DNA of 64,000 nucleotides, taken from positions 62,001 through 126,000 of IMG/VR virus record IMGVR_UViG_3300042010_000106; one strand, 5' to 3'. The position numbers and the translations under genes were made by a program. Positions 17,931-26,935 of this stretch are shown in pieces (the first letter of the stretch is position 1; every line of letters starts with the position of its first letter). Under the pieces are notes generated by a model that worked only from the letters and a program-made list of their open reading frames with translations, ran no database searches and was not told where the DNA came from.

Positions 17931-18971
17931 ATGATGGATATTCTGCTGTATTGCTGCGTGGCTTTGTTGGGAGGTTACGCCGCTTACAAATACACTAACC
18001 ATGTGCAGCTCGCATGGATCGTTAGTGCTGCTGGTTCAATCGTTGCCGTTATCTTTTTCTACGTGGCCCTGTGGCTGTCTGCGTCTTCGTACGAAATCAT
18101 TAGCGGCACCGTGACAGACAAAGAAGTTGTTTACGATCCGACAACCGAATCATATTCGTGTGGTACGGATTCCAAAGGCAACAGCAAAACCTGTACGCGA
18201 ACCGTGCCGCGCTGGCGCTTTGACGTAGAAGCCGACGTAGGCAGTTGGTACGATTATTCCTACAGCCGCTGGAACGTGCCAAGCATTTATGAGAATGCAA
18301 AAATTGGCGAACCGTTCGCGAAAGAAAAAATGTTCATGAACTATCAGTACGTGAACGATGAAACGGTTTTGGTGAACAAGCTCGACGCGTACGAAGGCTG
18401 GTTGCCTGAATACCCAAGCGTTTACGAAGGCTACAAAGTTCATCGCGCTTTTTCGAATGTGGTCAACGTATCCGAACTGAATGCTGCGCTGGCGAAAGCC
18501 GAACAAGTGTGGGGCAAGAAATTCGGCGTGAACGTAATCGTCAACGTCGTGCCTGAAAAAGAAGCAGGTTTCGCCAATGCCCTGCGCAACAAATGGGTAG
18601 GCGGCAAAAAGAACGATGTTGTTTTGACTCTCTACGTCAACGCAGAACACCGCGTTACGAAAGCAAACGTTTTCAGCCGGTCTACCTCGACCAAGCGCAC
18701 GGATACGTTCGCCGATTTCAATACAACGCTTCGTGAAAACGCACAACGAATTGACACGCTCGCTACGCAGAAAATCATTGGCGTTATCGACGCAGCTTTG
18801 CCACTGTTCGAACGTGAAGACTTAGCAGAGCATGACTTCGGCGCCACGTCGTATAGCGCTGCGTGGTACATAAACGCATTGGGCATATTCGTTGTTTTGC
18901 TCACCTGTTTCGGAACTGTAAAGTGGTTGGGCGGGCAACGTAGTTTCCGCCGTAGCTCATGGGCACGCTGA
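17931..18971 (+). CDS. conserved phage membrane protein (2 N-terminal TM, large periplasmic domain, C-terminal TM)
   Basis: YSC...KTCTRT motif, W-x-GGKKNDVV motif, TM helices. Confidence 0.75.
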   Translation: MMDILLYCCVALLGGYAAYKYTNHVQLAWIVSAAGSIVAVIFFYVALWLSASSYEIISGTVTDKEVVYDPTTESYSCGTDSKGNSKTCTRTVPRWRFDVEADVGSWYDYSYSRWNVPSIYENAKIGEPFAKEKMFMNYQYVNDETVLVNKLDAYEGWLPEYPSVYEGYKVHRAFSNVVNVSELNAALAKAEQVWGKKFGVNVIVNVVPEKEAGFANALRNKWVGGKKNDVVLTLYVNAEHRVTKANVFSRSTSTKRTDTFADFNTTLRENAQRIDTLATQKIIGVIDAALPLFEREDLAEHDFGATSYSAAWYINALGIFVVLLTCFGTVKWLGGQRSFRRSSWAR

Positions 18972-19066
18972 TGAAAAAGCAAAAAGGTTTTACCCTGATT
19001 GAACTGCTGATTGTGGTCGCCTTCTTGTTGGTTGTTGGCACCTCGATCTACAAAGCAACTCACTAA
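18971..19066 (+). CDS. 31-aa type IV prepilin-like peptide (class III signal plus hydrophobic helix only)
   Basis: my translation MKKQKG/FTLIELLIVVAFLLVVGTSIYKATH*; TGATG coupling; below the ORF-track length cutoff. Confidence 0.8.
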   Translation: MKKQKGFTLIELLIVVAFLLVVGTSIYKATH

Positions 19067-19091
19067 TTACCCACGCAAGGAAAATGAAGTA

Positions 19092-19646
19092 ATGTTCAGC
19101 AAATACAAAGGTTGGATCGCTGCTGGTGTTATCGCCGTTTTGGCACTGATGGCAATCAGCATCAACAACACCGTGGTAACGCAAGAAAGCGGAATCATCG
19201 GAGCCAACAAAGCACGTCAAGCCACGCTTTCGAATATCAGTCAGAAAGTGAAGGAAGTTATCGGCGTCAAAAACATGAACGTCGAGGACATCCAGAAAAC
19301 CGTCAACGAGCAAATCAAATTGCGCGCTGGTGCGGACGGCATGAAAAACATGGTGCTGATGTTGAAAGAACACAACATTGCCCCGTCGCAAGAAGCCGTG
19401 ATCAAGATCATGAACATCATCGACACAGGGCGTGAAACTTTCCTGAAGCAAGAAAACATGATGACTGATCGTAAGACTGCTGCCTGTATGTTCCGCAGCC
19501 GTTTCCCGAACAATTTCATCATCAACATTATGGGCAGTGCCAAACTGAACATTGGTTGCTTCGACGGCCAAGACGATTACGCGCCTTTGATGAACGACAA
19601 GGCAACAGAATCGTTCAAGTCCGGCGTTGATGGCGGTCTGTACTAA
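19092..19646 (+). CDS. LemA-like membrane-anchored helical protein
   Basis: N-terminal TM then NNTVVTQESGI...; C-terminal RFPNNFII; AAGGA RBS before ATG 19092. Confidence 0.65.
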   Translation: MFSKYKGWIAAGVIAVLALMAISINNTVVTQESGIIGANKARQATLSNISQKVKEVIGVKNMNVEDIQKTVNEQIKLRAGADGMKNMVLMLKEHNIAPSQEAVIKIMNIIDTGRETFLKQENMMTDRKTAACMFRSRFPNNFIINIMGSAKLNIGCFDGQDDYAPLMNDKATESFKSGVDGGLY

Positions 19647-19654
19647 TCGGTAAA

Positions 19655-19682
19655 AAGTGGGGAGACTTTGGTTTCCCCACTT
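19655..19682 (+). terminator. stem-loop / probable terminator closing the membrane-protein unit
   Basis: AAGTGGGGAGAC-TTTG-GTTTCCCCACTT. Confidence 0.55.
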
Positions 19683-19701
19683 CCCGTTTGAGGGCAAGAA
19701 A

Positions 19702-19929
19702 ATGAACGTGAAAGAAGAGCTGCAAAAACGTGGCATCGTAATGACGGAATTGGAAACGTACCGTTGGGGTGATGGGCCATCCGGTTGTTCGAAAGAAGAG
19801 GGCTATAGCATCGCTCTTTCGGAATGCACGAAACAAGTAATTCTTCCATTGCTGGAACAAATCAAGGCGCTGGAAACTGGCCTGAATCGTTTGGCCGATG
19901 CTGCCCGTGTTGCGGGTGACAGACTATGA
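19702..19929 (+). CDS. hypothetical protein
   Basis: GAGG RBS. Confidence 0.6.
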   Translation: MNVKEELQKRGIVMTELETYRWGDGPSGCSKEEGYSIALSECTKQVILPLLEQIKALETGLNRLADAARVAGDRL

Positions 19930-20369
19930 CGATTTACGCCGCTGCATTTTCCATGAAAGAATTGTCCTACGATGATTTCTTTTTCGTGATGGCCCACTAT
20001 CCTGACAGCGGTGTGAAAAGTTTCAGCGGTTCGATTGATTTCATCCGCATGCGTAGTGCTGACGGTACGTTCGCCTACGTGTTCCGTGCGCTGGACGATA
20101 CAAACGATTTGAAAAACATGCCGATTGTTTTGATGCTCGCGAACGATATGGAAGAACGCGAAGCCGATGCAAACGTGCACCTGATGAACAAGTACGAAGA
20201 AGCGATTTCGATTTTCATCACCACGCTCGCCGTACTGGCTGAGCCTAACGATTTGGAAACCTACACGACCCGAAACGGTAATGGGGTTTCGTTGCTGAAA
20301 GATATCAACGTTAAAAACGTCGCAAACCTTTTCATCAACAGTGCAAGATCGGAAATACGTTCGGTCTAA
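19926..20369 (+). CDS. hypothetical protein
   Basis: ATGA overlap. Confidence 0.7.
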   Translation: MTIYAAAFSMKELSYDDFFFVMAHYPDSGVKSFSGSIDFIRMRSADGTFAYVFRALDDTNDLKNMPIVLMLANDMEEREADANVHLMNKYEEAISIFITTLAVLAEPNDLETYTTRNGNGVSLLKDINVKNVANLFINSARSEIRSV

Positions 20370-20381
20370 TTGGAGAAATTT

Positions 20382-21011
20382 ATGAGCATTGGTTCCGTTT
20401 ATTATTTCGATTACAAGCTTACTTCAGCTATGGCCGAAATGGTGGAAGCATGGGAAAACTCACTCGAAGCAAATCACGATGAATTCGTTGTAGTTGACAA
20501 CGAAGAAGGTGACTACGGAATCATTCGCTACATGGATACGAACGGCGTTGAAATGCTGACCAAGGTTGTGCAGGGCGGCGACATCGAAAATACGTATTTC
20601 ACTGACGCTGGTGTGATCGCCATGCGCAAATTGATGCAGGACAATTTCACCAATATGTTGGAAGAGGCTTTGATCGCAGGCCAGCCAACCGCAGGCGATT
20701 TGAAAGCGCACATCAAACCCGAAGTCGTTATCATTGATTTGAACAAACGTGAACTGCCTGACGTATTTGGTCGCTTCGATTTGGTTCTGTTCGACAACAA
20801 CTACTACATGCCGTTTCCTGACCCTGATAACGCGGGCCACTATCTGCTGTGGTGTAACGAAGAAAACGAATACATGCGTGCCGGTACAGATTTGTACGCC
20901 ACCATTGAAACGTGGAATGCGTGCTTGCGTGCGGGCATCGTGACTGCCGGTGTGCATAACAAAGGTCTGTACGATTTGATCCAGTGTTTCAAACGGCGTG
21001 GTGAAGAATGA
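20382..21011 (+). CDS. hypothetical protein
   Basis: GGAG RBS. Confidence 0.7.
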   Translation: MSIGSVYYFDYKLTSAMAEMVEAWENSLEANHDEFVVVDNEEGDYGIIRYMDTNGVEMLTKVVQGGDIENTYFTDAGVIAMRKLMQDNFTNMLEEALIAGQPTAGDLKAHIKPEVVIIDLNKRELPDVFGRFDLVLFDNNYYMPFPDPDNAGHYLLWCNEENEYMRAGTDLYATIETWNACLRAGIVTAGVHNKGLYDLIQCFKRRGEE

Positions 21012-21211
21012 GCATTACGTTCACGCAAGAATTTTTAGTGTGGGTCAGCTTCTTTGTGGTGCTGCTGATTCACGCCGGGATTGCAGGAGTGTGCCGTCTG
21101 TGCAAAAACCGTAACGACGCGGTATACGCAGGCGCTGTCATGCACGCAATCGTCACCCTGCTTTACGCGGCCTTCTATCCAATTTGGTTTCCACAAGGAA
21201 TTGCGTCATGA
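21008..21211 (+). CDS. small 2-TM membrane protein
   Basis: hydrophobic helices, ATGA overlap. Confidence 0.6.
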   Translation: MSITFTQEFLVWVSFFVVLLIHAGIAGVCRLCKNRNDAVYAGAVMHAIVTLLYAAFYPIWFPQGIAS

Positions 21212-22068
21212 AATATTTAGTCTTTCGTATCCTGACTGTCGGTGATCTGTACGTTCATTCGCACATGAGCTTTCACGACCATCTGTGTCATATCGACGTT
21301 GCCGAAGGCAACAAACAAGTGATGGCGACCGCGTTCGGTTCTACGCCAAACAATGTCGAAGTTATCGGCGCAGGTTTTATCGAATTCGACGCGATTGGTC
21401 AGCCAGTTTGCTACGGTTATTCCGACAGTCTGAACATTAACAGCCGGGGCAAACTGGATAGCGAAATCATCCGTGCGAGCATGCTGCAACTGAGTGAATA
21501 CAATCCAAACAAACTGGATGAATTGTTTGGGCAGTTCGATCAATGCCGCCGCGCCAACGAAGAAATTTTGACTGCGTTGAAAGACAAAGAATTCGTGCTG
21601 ACCCAACGCGCTGGCGTACTGGTGCCAAGCAACAGTATCGAAATGGATATGCGCGCCGATTGCATCAAGCCTTTCAATATCGTGAAATTCCGTAACATCG
21701 TTGCAGTGAACGGTCAGACGTACTTTGTTTTCGACGTGAACGGTGACGACTACCTGTTCAAATACGGTGTGCTGTCTACGCTGATCAAGCACGATCAAAT
21801 GACCGCCGTTCTGGTACGTAATGATGATCCGTACGACATTGCAAAATTCAACGGCATCACGTTCACATGCAACGTTCCAGATTACGATATCCCGAAAGGC
21901 GCGTTCTGTTTTGTACGTGAAATCGTGTTCGAAGAATTCCACGACCCTGACTTCGTAAGCGCCGCCGTGGGCACAGTGAAATTAACTGTAAATGACGAAG
22001 AGCGCACAATCGAAATGAAGCTGATCGACTTGTGCCATATGGTTCACACAGGACAGGAAGAAGAATGA
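21208..22068 (+). CDS. hypothetical protein with conserved phage N-domain (GAGF...CYGxSxSL)
   Basis: MKYLV...H...VIGAGF...CYGYSDSLNINSR; weak paralogy to 59492-59728. Confidence 0.7.
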   Translation: MKYLVFRILTVGDLYVHSHMSFHDHLCHIDVAEGNKQVMATAFGSTPNNVEVIGAGFIEFDAIGQPVCYGYSDSLNINSRGKLDSEIIRASMLQLSEYNPNKLDELFGQFDQCRRANEEILTALKDKEFVLTQRAGVLVPSNSIEMDMRADCIKPFNIVKFRNIVAVNGQTYFVFDVNGDDYLFKYGVLSTLIKHDQMTAVLVRNDDPYDIAKFNGITFTCNVPDYDIPKGAFCFVREIVFEEFHDPDFVSAAVGTVKLTVNDEERTIEMKLIDLCHMVHTGQEEE

Positions 22069-22415
22069 ACGTAATTGCAATTTTCACCAACCCGCGTGCG
22101 CTCGCTTACATCGCTACCGACTTCGCCAACAAGGCCAGCGGCAAAGCGATTGTGACGCAAGAAAAAATCACACAGCTTTCGCAAATTCTGGCGAACCACA
22201 CTTACCGCATTCAAGGTGTGTTCGTGCTGAAGCTGCAATGTGAAAGCGTGCCTGCATCTGTGAAGACCAGCGCCGTCGCAATCTACCGTGACGAACTGCC
22301 TGAACTGGTTGCAATCGAAGAACCAAACGCAATCTATCGCGCAATCGCGGTCGAAGCACAAATGCCAATCTACGATTATCTGGTCATGTACCGGAAAGAG
22401 GCTTTGAAGAAATGA
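22065..22415 (+). CDS. hypothetical protein
   Basis: ATGA overlap. Confidence 0.65.
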   Translation: MNVIAIFTNPRALAYIATDFANKASGKAIVTQEKITQLSQILANHTYRIQGVFVLKLQCESVPASVKTSAVAIYRDELPELVAIEEPNAIYRAIAVEAQMPIYDYLVMYRKEALKK

Positions 22416-22759
22416 AATATTTGGTAGGCGCAACCGGCAACATGATTTCCACAATGGCAAAAGCCAGTGTGAACGCCGAGAACCGTGGCAGCGATGCAGC
22501 CGCATACAATCGTGCTGACGAATTCCTGTCGTGCAGCATGCAGCAGGCGGAACTGCGTTGGATGAAATTCGACGTACCAAGTTTGCCGCGTTTCATTCGT
22601 GAATTTGCTGACGTGGTTTACGAACAACACGAAGATGGCACCATGCACAAAACGAAAGATCGCGAAGCTGTTTTGGTGACTGCTGCCGACGCGCAAATCG
22701 TTTCGATTTCTGACGTGCCTTGGTACACCCGCAAATTCACTTACCACGAAGGAAACTGA
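22412..22759 (+). CDS. hypothetical protein
   Basis: ATGA overlap. Confidence 0.65.
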   Translation: MKYLVGATGNMISTMAKASVNAENRGSDAAAYNRADEFLSCSMQQAELRWMKFDVPSLPRFIREFADVVYEQHEDGTMHKTKDREAVLVTAADAQIVSISDVPWYTRKFTYHEGN

Positions 22760-22761
22760 TC

Positions 22762-23529
22762 ATGGAACAACGTCGCGAAATCTTTGAAGCAATCAGCCAA
22801 CAACTGAATGTGCGTACTCTGTTTGTGTCGGACACTGGCCCAACTGCATTCGGCACCCTCGGCGAAGAAAAACCTGCGTACGCCGTTGTCGGTTTCGACC
22901 TGAAGCCAGACGTGTACAAATTCCCGCGCAATTCGCACGTGGATACTGTGCTGATCGACGGCAAACACATTCACACTCGTTTCTATTCGCCAGAAAAATT
23001 CCTGCGTATGGCAATGAACAGCGCGGTCGGTGCACTGGAAATCGTTTCGAGTCCAAAGCAGTTTTCTGTTAGCGAATATGGCAAGTATTTGCAGGAAGCG
23101 GTTGCGCACTATTTCAACCCTTCGCTGATGTGGGAATCCGTAACCGGTACGATCCTGAGCATGACCCATCGTCGCGGTGGTGAAATGGCAGACATTACCG
23201 CTACCCGTGCGGTTCACATTGCACGCCTGTACATGATTCGCGCAATGCTGGAAGACGGTATGTTGCCAACGACATTTTCCATGGCACATTACATGGGCAA
23301 TCGCCTCGACGCGCCATCATTCGAAAAAGTTCGTAGTGTTTACGAATGGGCAATCATCGACTCCGAGTTTGATACCAATCCACAAGCAACCACGCTCTGT
23401 GCAGAACTGACGTTCGAAGCGCTGCGCACTGCAAACCCGGTAGCGAATGTACATCCGCTGCAAAAGAACAAACCGGGTTTCTCCGACTTCGCAAACGAAA
23501 CCCTCGCAAAATTCATGGCGGCTCTCTAA
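22762..23529 (+). CDS. RlaP/YcgL-like nucleotidyltransferase-fold protein, degenerate active site
   Basis: FYSPEKFLRMAMNSAVGALEIVSSP and RAVHIARL resemble the family; GS-x-AxG...SDxD appears as GPTAFG...KPAYA. Confidence 0.5.
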   Translation: MEQRREIFEAISQQLNVRTLFVSDTGPTAFGTLGEEKPAYAVVGFDLKPDVYKFPRNSHVDTVLIDGKHIHTRFYSPEKFLRMAMNSAVGALEIVSSPKQFSVSEYGKYLQEAVAHYFNPSLMWESVTGTILSMTHRRGGEMADITATRAVHIARLYMIRAMLEDGMLPTTFSMAHYMGNRLDAPSFEKVRSVYEWAIIDSEFDTNPQATTLCAELTFEALRTANPVANVHPLQKNKPGFSDFANETLAKFMAAL

Positions 23530-24096
23530 ATGTTTTCGTACAAATACAGAAACTACGCGCTGCGTATGCTCCTCGACATTCCGCTCGACGCCGAAATTCC
23601 ACCAGCGGCGATTGAAGTGTGGGAACGTTTCAATGACCGTCGGCTGGCGCAAAACGCTTTGCACAATCGCCGTATGGCAAAAACCCGTGCACACGTTGTG
23701 AAGCTGGAAGCAAAGCTCGCCGAACGTCGCGATGAATTCGTACAGACCTTCGTTATCGGCCTGATTATCTCGCATGACAAACGTTTCATCATGGCGCAGG
23801 AACGTGAAGGGCAATTGTTCTTCCCCGGCACCAAAGCAGAAGAACACGAAACTGCCGGTGAAGCATTTGCGTTGATCCTGAATGCTGTCGGTGTTATCAC
23901 CGCTGCACCACGTGAACTGGCTGTTCAACGTGAAGAACAACACGGTGTGAATCTGCGCACGGTTTTCATGGGCGGTTTTCAGCAGAAGGGCGGCAAACTT
24001 GCTGATTACCCAAATGCTGTAGGCTGGTTCAACATTGGCGACACTCGTTTCTCCGAAGTGGAACGCCGTCTCATTCAATCTCTTCAGGAATCCTGA
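23530..24096 (+). CDS. coiled-coil plus degenerate Nudix-fold protein
   Basis: VIGLIISHDKRFIMAQEREGQLFFPGTKAEEHETAGEAFAL lacks the RExxEE part of the Nudix box. Confidence 0.5.
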   Translation: MFSYKYRNYALRMLLDIPLDAEIPPAAIEVWERFNDRRLAQNALHNRRMAKTRAHVVKLEAKLAERRDEFVQTFVIGLIISHDKRFIMAQEREGQLFFPGTKAEEHETAGEAFALILNAVGVITAAPRELAVQREEQHGVNLRTVFMGGFQQKGGKLADYPNAVGWFNIGDTRFSEVERRLIQSLQES

Positions 24097-24097
24097 C

Positions 24098-24358
24098 ATG
24101 CGTAAATTTTCCGCAAGCAATCTCCCCGATCCAAAAGATCAAACCCCGAATACCCCTGCAATCATTTTGAGCGCAGACGAAGCTGTTTCGATTTACAACG
24201 ACACGGCAGGCGTTGATGTCCTGTCTTACAAATCGCGTGTAGACGAAATCGTCGCAAAGCATATTGCTGAATTCATGCTGACGTTGGGTTGGTCTAGCGT
24301 GAAACAATACGGCACCACCTTTTTGCTGGTGGCTGATGTCACACTGACGCAATTGTAA
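24098..24358 (+). CDS. hypothetical protein
   Basis: AGGA RBS. Confidence 0.6.
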   Translation: MRKFSASNLPDPKDQTPNTPAIILSADEAVSIYNDTAGVDVLSYKSRVDEIVAKHIAEFMLTLGWSSVKQYGTTFLLVADVTLTQL

Positions 24359-24372
24359 AAAACGAGGTTCGT

Positions 24373-24648
24373 ATGCGACAGAACAAACTTGAACGCAATC
24401 TGGTTTTCAACGTAATGCGGAAAGCTGAATTGCTGGCAACGCAACGGGGTTTCATTGCATCCGTTACAGACGCGGGCAACTCAATGACCTTACACGTTTG
24501 GAATCGTGGTTCGCTTGTTCTGTCGTGCGAACTTCAAAAGGATGGTTCCTGCTTTAGCCGTATGCACGACGGCGACACAATCACCCGTACCCTGACGGGC
24601 GGGCCAGATAGCGCCGTAGACCTTCTAGGCTGGGCCTACACGGCTTGA
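24373..24648 (+). CDS. hypothetical protein
   Basis: GAGG RBS. Confidence 0.6.
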   Translation: MRQNKLERNLVFNVMRKAELLATQRGFIASVTDAGNSMTLHVWNRGSLVLSCELQKDGSCFSRMHDGDTITRTLTGGPDSAVDLLGWAYTA

Positions 24649-24673
24649 CACGGTATGCCCGGTTCTGTAGCCT
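24645..24673 (+). promoter_or_regulatory. candidate sigma70 promoter
   Basis: TTGACA-17 nt-TAGCCT in an intergenic gap; overlaps a GCCCGG...CCGGGC inverted repeat. Confidence 0.45.
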
Positions 24674-24734
24674 TGGAGTCCGGGCTTTACTGTGCCCGCT
24701 ATTTAGACCATCACGCATCTAAGGAAGTTTGACC

Positions 24735-25334
24735 ATGGGTACAAAAGCTAACCGTATCGTTTACGCAGCGCTCGTTTCTGCATTGGACGAAATCGGTATC
24801 GTAAAGGTGGCTGAGCTGTTCGCTGAAGCTGTTGACGATAACGGTTCGTTGGAAGACGGTTTGGACGACGTTAGTGCCAAACGCGAAAAGCAATTCCGTG
24901 ATGGCATTGCGAAAGTTATCAAGGCCCGTAAAGGTGCCGAACGCGACGAACGCGACGAACGCGAAGACAGCGACGAATGCGATTGCGTCATTAATGAATG
25001 CTGCCGTCGTTGCAGTTCGTACGTTGACCACTTTCCGGCTGAAGAAAAACGTATCAGCGAGTCGGTGAAAGATTTTCTGATCCGCATGCAACACTGGACT
25101 GGTTTGCATTTCAGCGTAAACATGGCGCTGGCTGAAATCATGCACGTCGATTACAGCGTTAAAAAGCTGAAGAAGAAAATGCGCAAGTGCCAATGCGTCG
25201 AAGAACTGGCAACCCTGCTTTCCAAAAAGGCCGGTGCGCGTGTAATTGTTCGCGAATCGGTACGCGGCAAAATTCTTCCCGGTGCAATCCGTCTGACTGC
25301 ATCGTCCTCCGCCTACGTTATTTGCCTCGCGTAA
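24735..25334 (+). CDS. hypothetical protein with Cys clusters and (ERD)n repeat
   Basis: TAAGGA RBS; ECDCVINECCRRC, CQC. Confidence 0.7.
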   Translation: MGTKANRIVYAALVSALDEIGIVKVAELFAEAVDDNGSLEDGLDDVSAKREKQFRDGIAKVIKARKGAERDERDEREDSDECDCVINECCRRCSSYVDHFPAEEKRISESVKDFLIRMQHWTGLHFSVNMALAEIMHVDYSVKKLKKKMRKCQCVEELATLLSKKAGARVIVRESVRGKILPGAIRLTASSSAYVICLA

Positions 25335-25346
25335 TAAGGGTTTCAA

Positions 25347-25622
25347 ATGTCCGAAGAAAAAATGTCCACACTCGGCGAAGTTGAAGAAGCCGTTTTCAAG
25401 CAGGAAGGTATTCGTATTGTTTTCCGTGCACCGCCTTCAATGGAGTGCAAAGAGTACAAACACGAATACGGCCTGAACACGCAAGCGAAGGTTGAACACC
25501 TGATGTATCGCGTGGGCCTGAGTACCAAAATGCCGTTCGTAATTGTGGATGGCACCGCCAACACCGTGCACGCAAAAGATCGCACCCTACAAAATCTTGT
25601 TCGTACCTATCAGCGGTTCTAA
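25347..25622 (+). CDS. hypothetical protein
   Basis: EGIRIVFRA...VIVDG...H...TLQNLVRTY, a pattern I recall from small bacterial proteins. Confidence 0.65.
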   Translation: MSEEKMSTLGEVEEAVFKQEGIRIVFRAPPSMECKEYKHEYGLNTQAKVEHLMYRVGLSTKMPFVIVDGTANTVHAKDRTLQNLVRTYQRF

Positions 25623-25647
25623 ATCCGCTGTTTGTACAGGACAATGA

Positions 25648-25684
25648 AAAGCGGCCTCAAATAGAACGGGCCGCTTTCACTTTT
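25648..25684 (+). terminator. intrinsic terminator
   Basis: AAAGCGGCC...GGCCGCTTT stem then CACTTTT. Confidence 0.6.
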
Positions 25685-25703
25685 AATCAGGAGCAACACC
25701 CGC

Positions 25704-26165
25704 ATGAACACCCATATCGTCCTCAAAGTAGGCCATCAAGCTGCATTGGCAATTATCCCGATGGATAAAGTAATCATTGCCGATTTGACGTTGGCGCTCA
25801 TTGGCCCTATCCGTCGTTTGCATTTGATGGTGAAGGGCGGCGCACAACATTTCGACATGACCATTCTCGGTCACAAGCTGGACGCAGACAAAGCAGAAAC
25901 CCAAGACGCGTTTCTCGTTACCACAATTATTTCTCGCGTGCTGGATTACGCAGAATTCATCGGCCACGATCATATCGGCGTTTACGCGGTATCGAATCTG
26001 ATGGGCTACGTGGAATCGCATGAAAACCGTTTGGCCCTGACCTACAGCAAAGCGGATTCGTACGGTGTCGGCATGATCGCGGCATTCTCCAATGAAATGG
26101 CACGTATCCAGCGCGTGAAGGATGCGATTGTCGAAGGCATCAATCAGCCAGACATTTTCTGGTGA
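25704..26165 (+). CDS. hypothetical protein
   Basis: AGGAG RBS. Confidence 0.7.
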   Translation: MNTHIVLKVGHQAALAIIPMDKVIIADLTLALIGPIRRLHLMVKGGAQHFDMTILGHKLDADKAETQDAFLVTTIISRVLDYAEFIGHDHIGVYAVSNLMGYVESHENRLALTYSKADSYGVGMIAAFSNEMARIQRVKDAIVEGINQPDIFW

Positions 26166-26168
26166 CGT

Positions 26169-26459
26169 ATGGGAACCAAATTCGCACCAGACCAAAAAAT
26201 CATCCTGTGCACGATTGCCGGGGTGATTGCTTTCGCATTGATTGCCCTTGCCCTGCTGGGCGGTTTCGAAAAGCGCCTGACTGAAGAGCGCGTGAAAGAA
26301 CTTGCGCGGCCCTATGTTGAAATGGCAGTGGCCCGCAAAGTGGAAGAACTGAAACCGAAAGTTAACGCAATCGCTGACGCAATGATCTACAACGATTTTG
26401 TCAGCGCCGAAAGTTTAACGTGGGAATTATCTTCCTACCTTGATTCAGAGGAACAATGA
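26169..26459 (+). CDS. single-TM membrane protein
   Basis: N-terminal hydrophobic helix. Confidence 0.65.
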   Translation: MGTKFAPDQKIILCTIAGVIAFALIALALLGGFEKRLTEERVKELARPYVEMAVARKVEELKPKVNAIADAMIYNDFVSAESLTWELSSYLDSEEQ

Positions 26460-26926
26460 AAATGCTCGATACCAATCTTTTACCCTACCCGTGGCACATA
26501 ATCATTCTGTCTTTGGTCGGTCTGGTTGTTGTGTGCGCAGTTGCCTACTACGTTTTGCAAATCGTGTGGGCGTTCGTGAAGGCCACCATTCAGGCTTTCA
26601 TCTACCAACTGTTTTCCTACAAGAAAGCCAAGATCAACGGACGCCCGTTGAAATGGAATCTCTTTTGGGAGTCCTACCGGGAAATGTGGTTCTTCTTGCT
26701 CGGTTCCGATTACAGTAAAGATCCTATCCGCCGTGGCAATTCGTATTTCTACGGCTGGACGTTCACCGTTCGTAAGGATTCACAATTCGTTCCGACTGAC
26801 GAAGTGCCTGACCCGAACGATTACGATCCGAATGATCCCGACGACGAAGACGACGATTTAGCGTTCACCGACGCTGAATATTCCGAAGTCCAAACCCCTG
26901 TTCAAATCGAACACGACAAAAAGTAA
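26456..26926 (+). CDS. membrane protein with acidic tail
   Basis: long hydrophobic segment; DPND repeats. Confidence 0.65.
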   Translation: MKMLDTNLLPYPWHIIILSLVGLVVVCAVAYYVLQIVWAFVKATIQAFIYQLFSYKKAKINGRPLKWNLFWESYREMWFFLLGSDYSKDPIRRGNSYFYGWTFTVRKDSQFVPTDEVPDPNDYDPNDPDDEDDDLAFTDAEYSEVQTPVQIEHDKK

Positions 26927-26935
26927 GGCGTCACC

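Noticed and set aside
19011-19091. Extended N-terminus of the LemA-like ORF in the track
   Set aside because: It overlaps the prepilin peptide in another frame; the RBS supports ATG 19092.
24939-24966. GAACGCGAC tandem repeat
   Set aside because: A short in-frame (ERD)n microsatellite inside a CDS with no evidence of an independent function.
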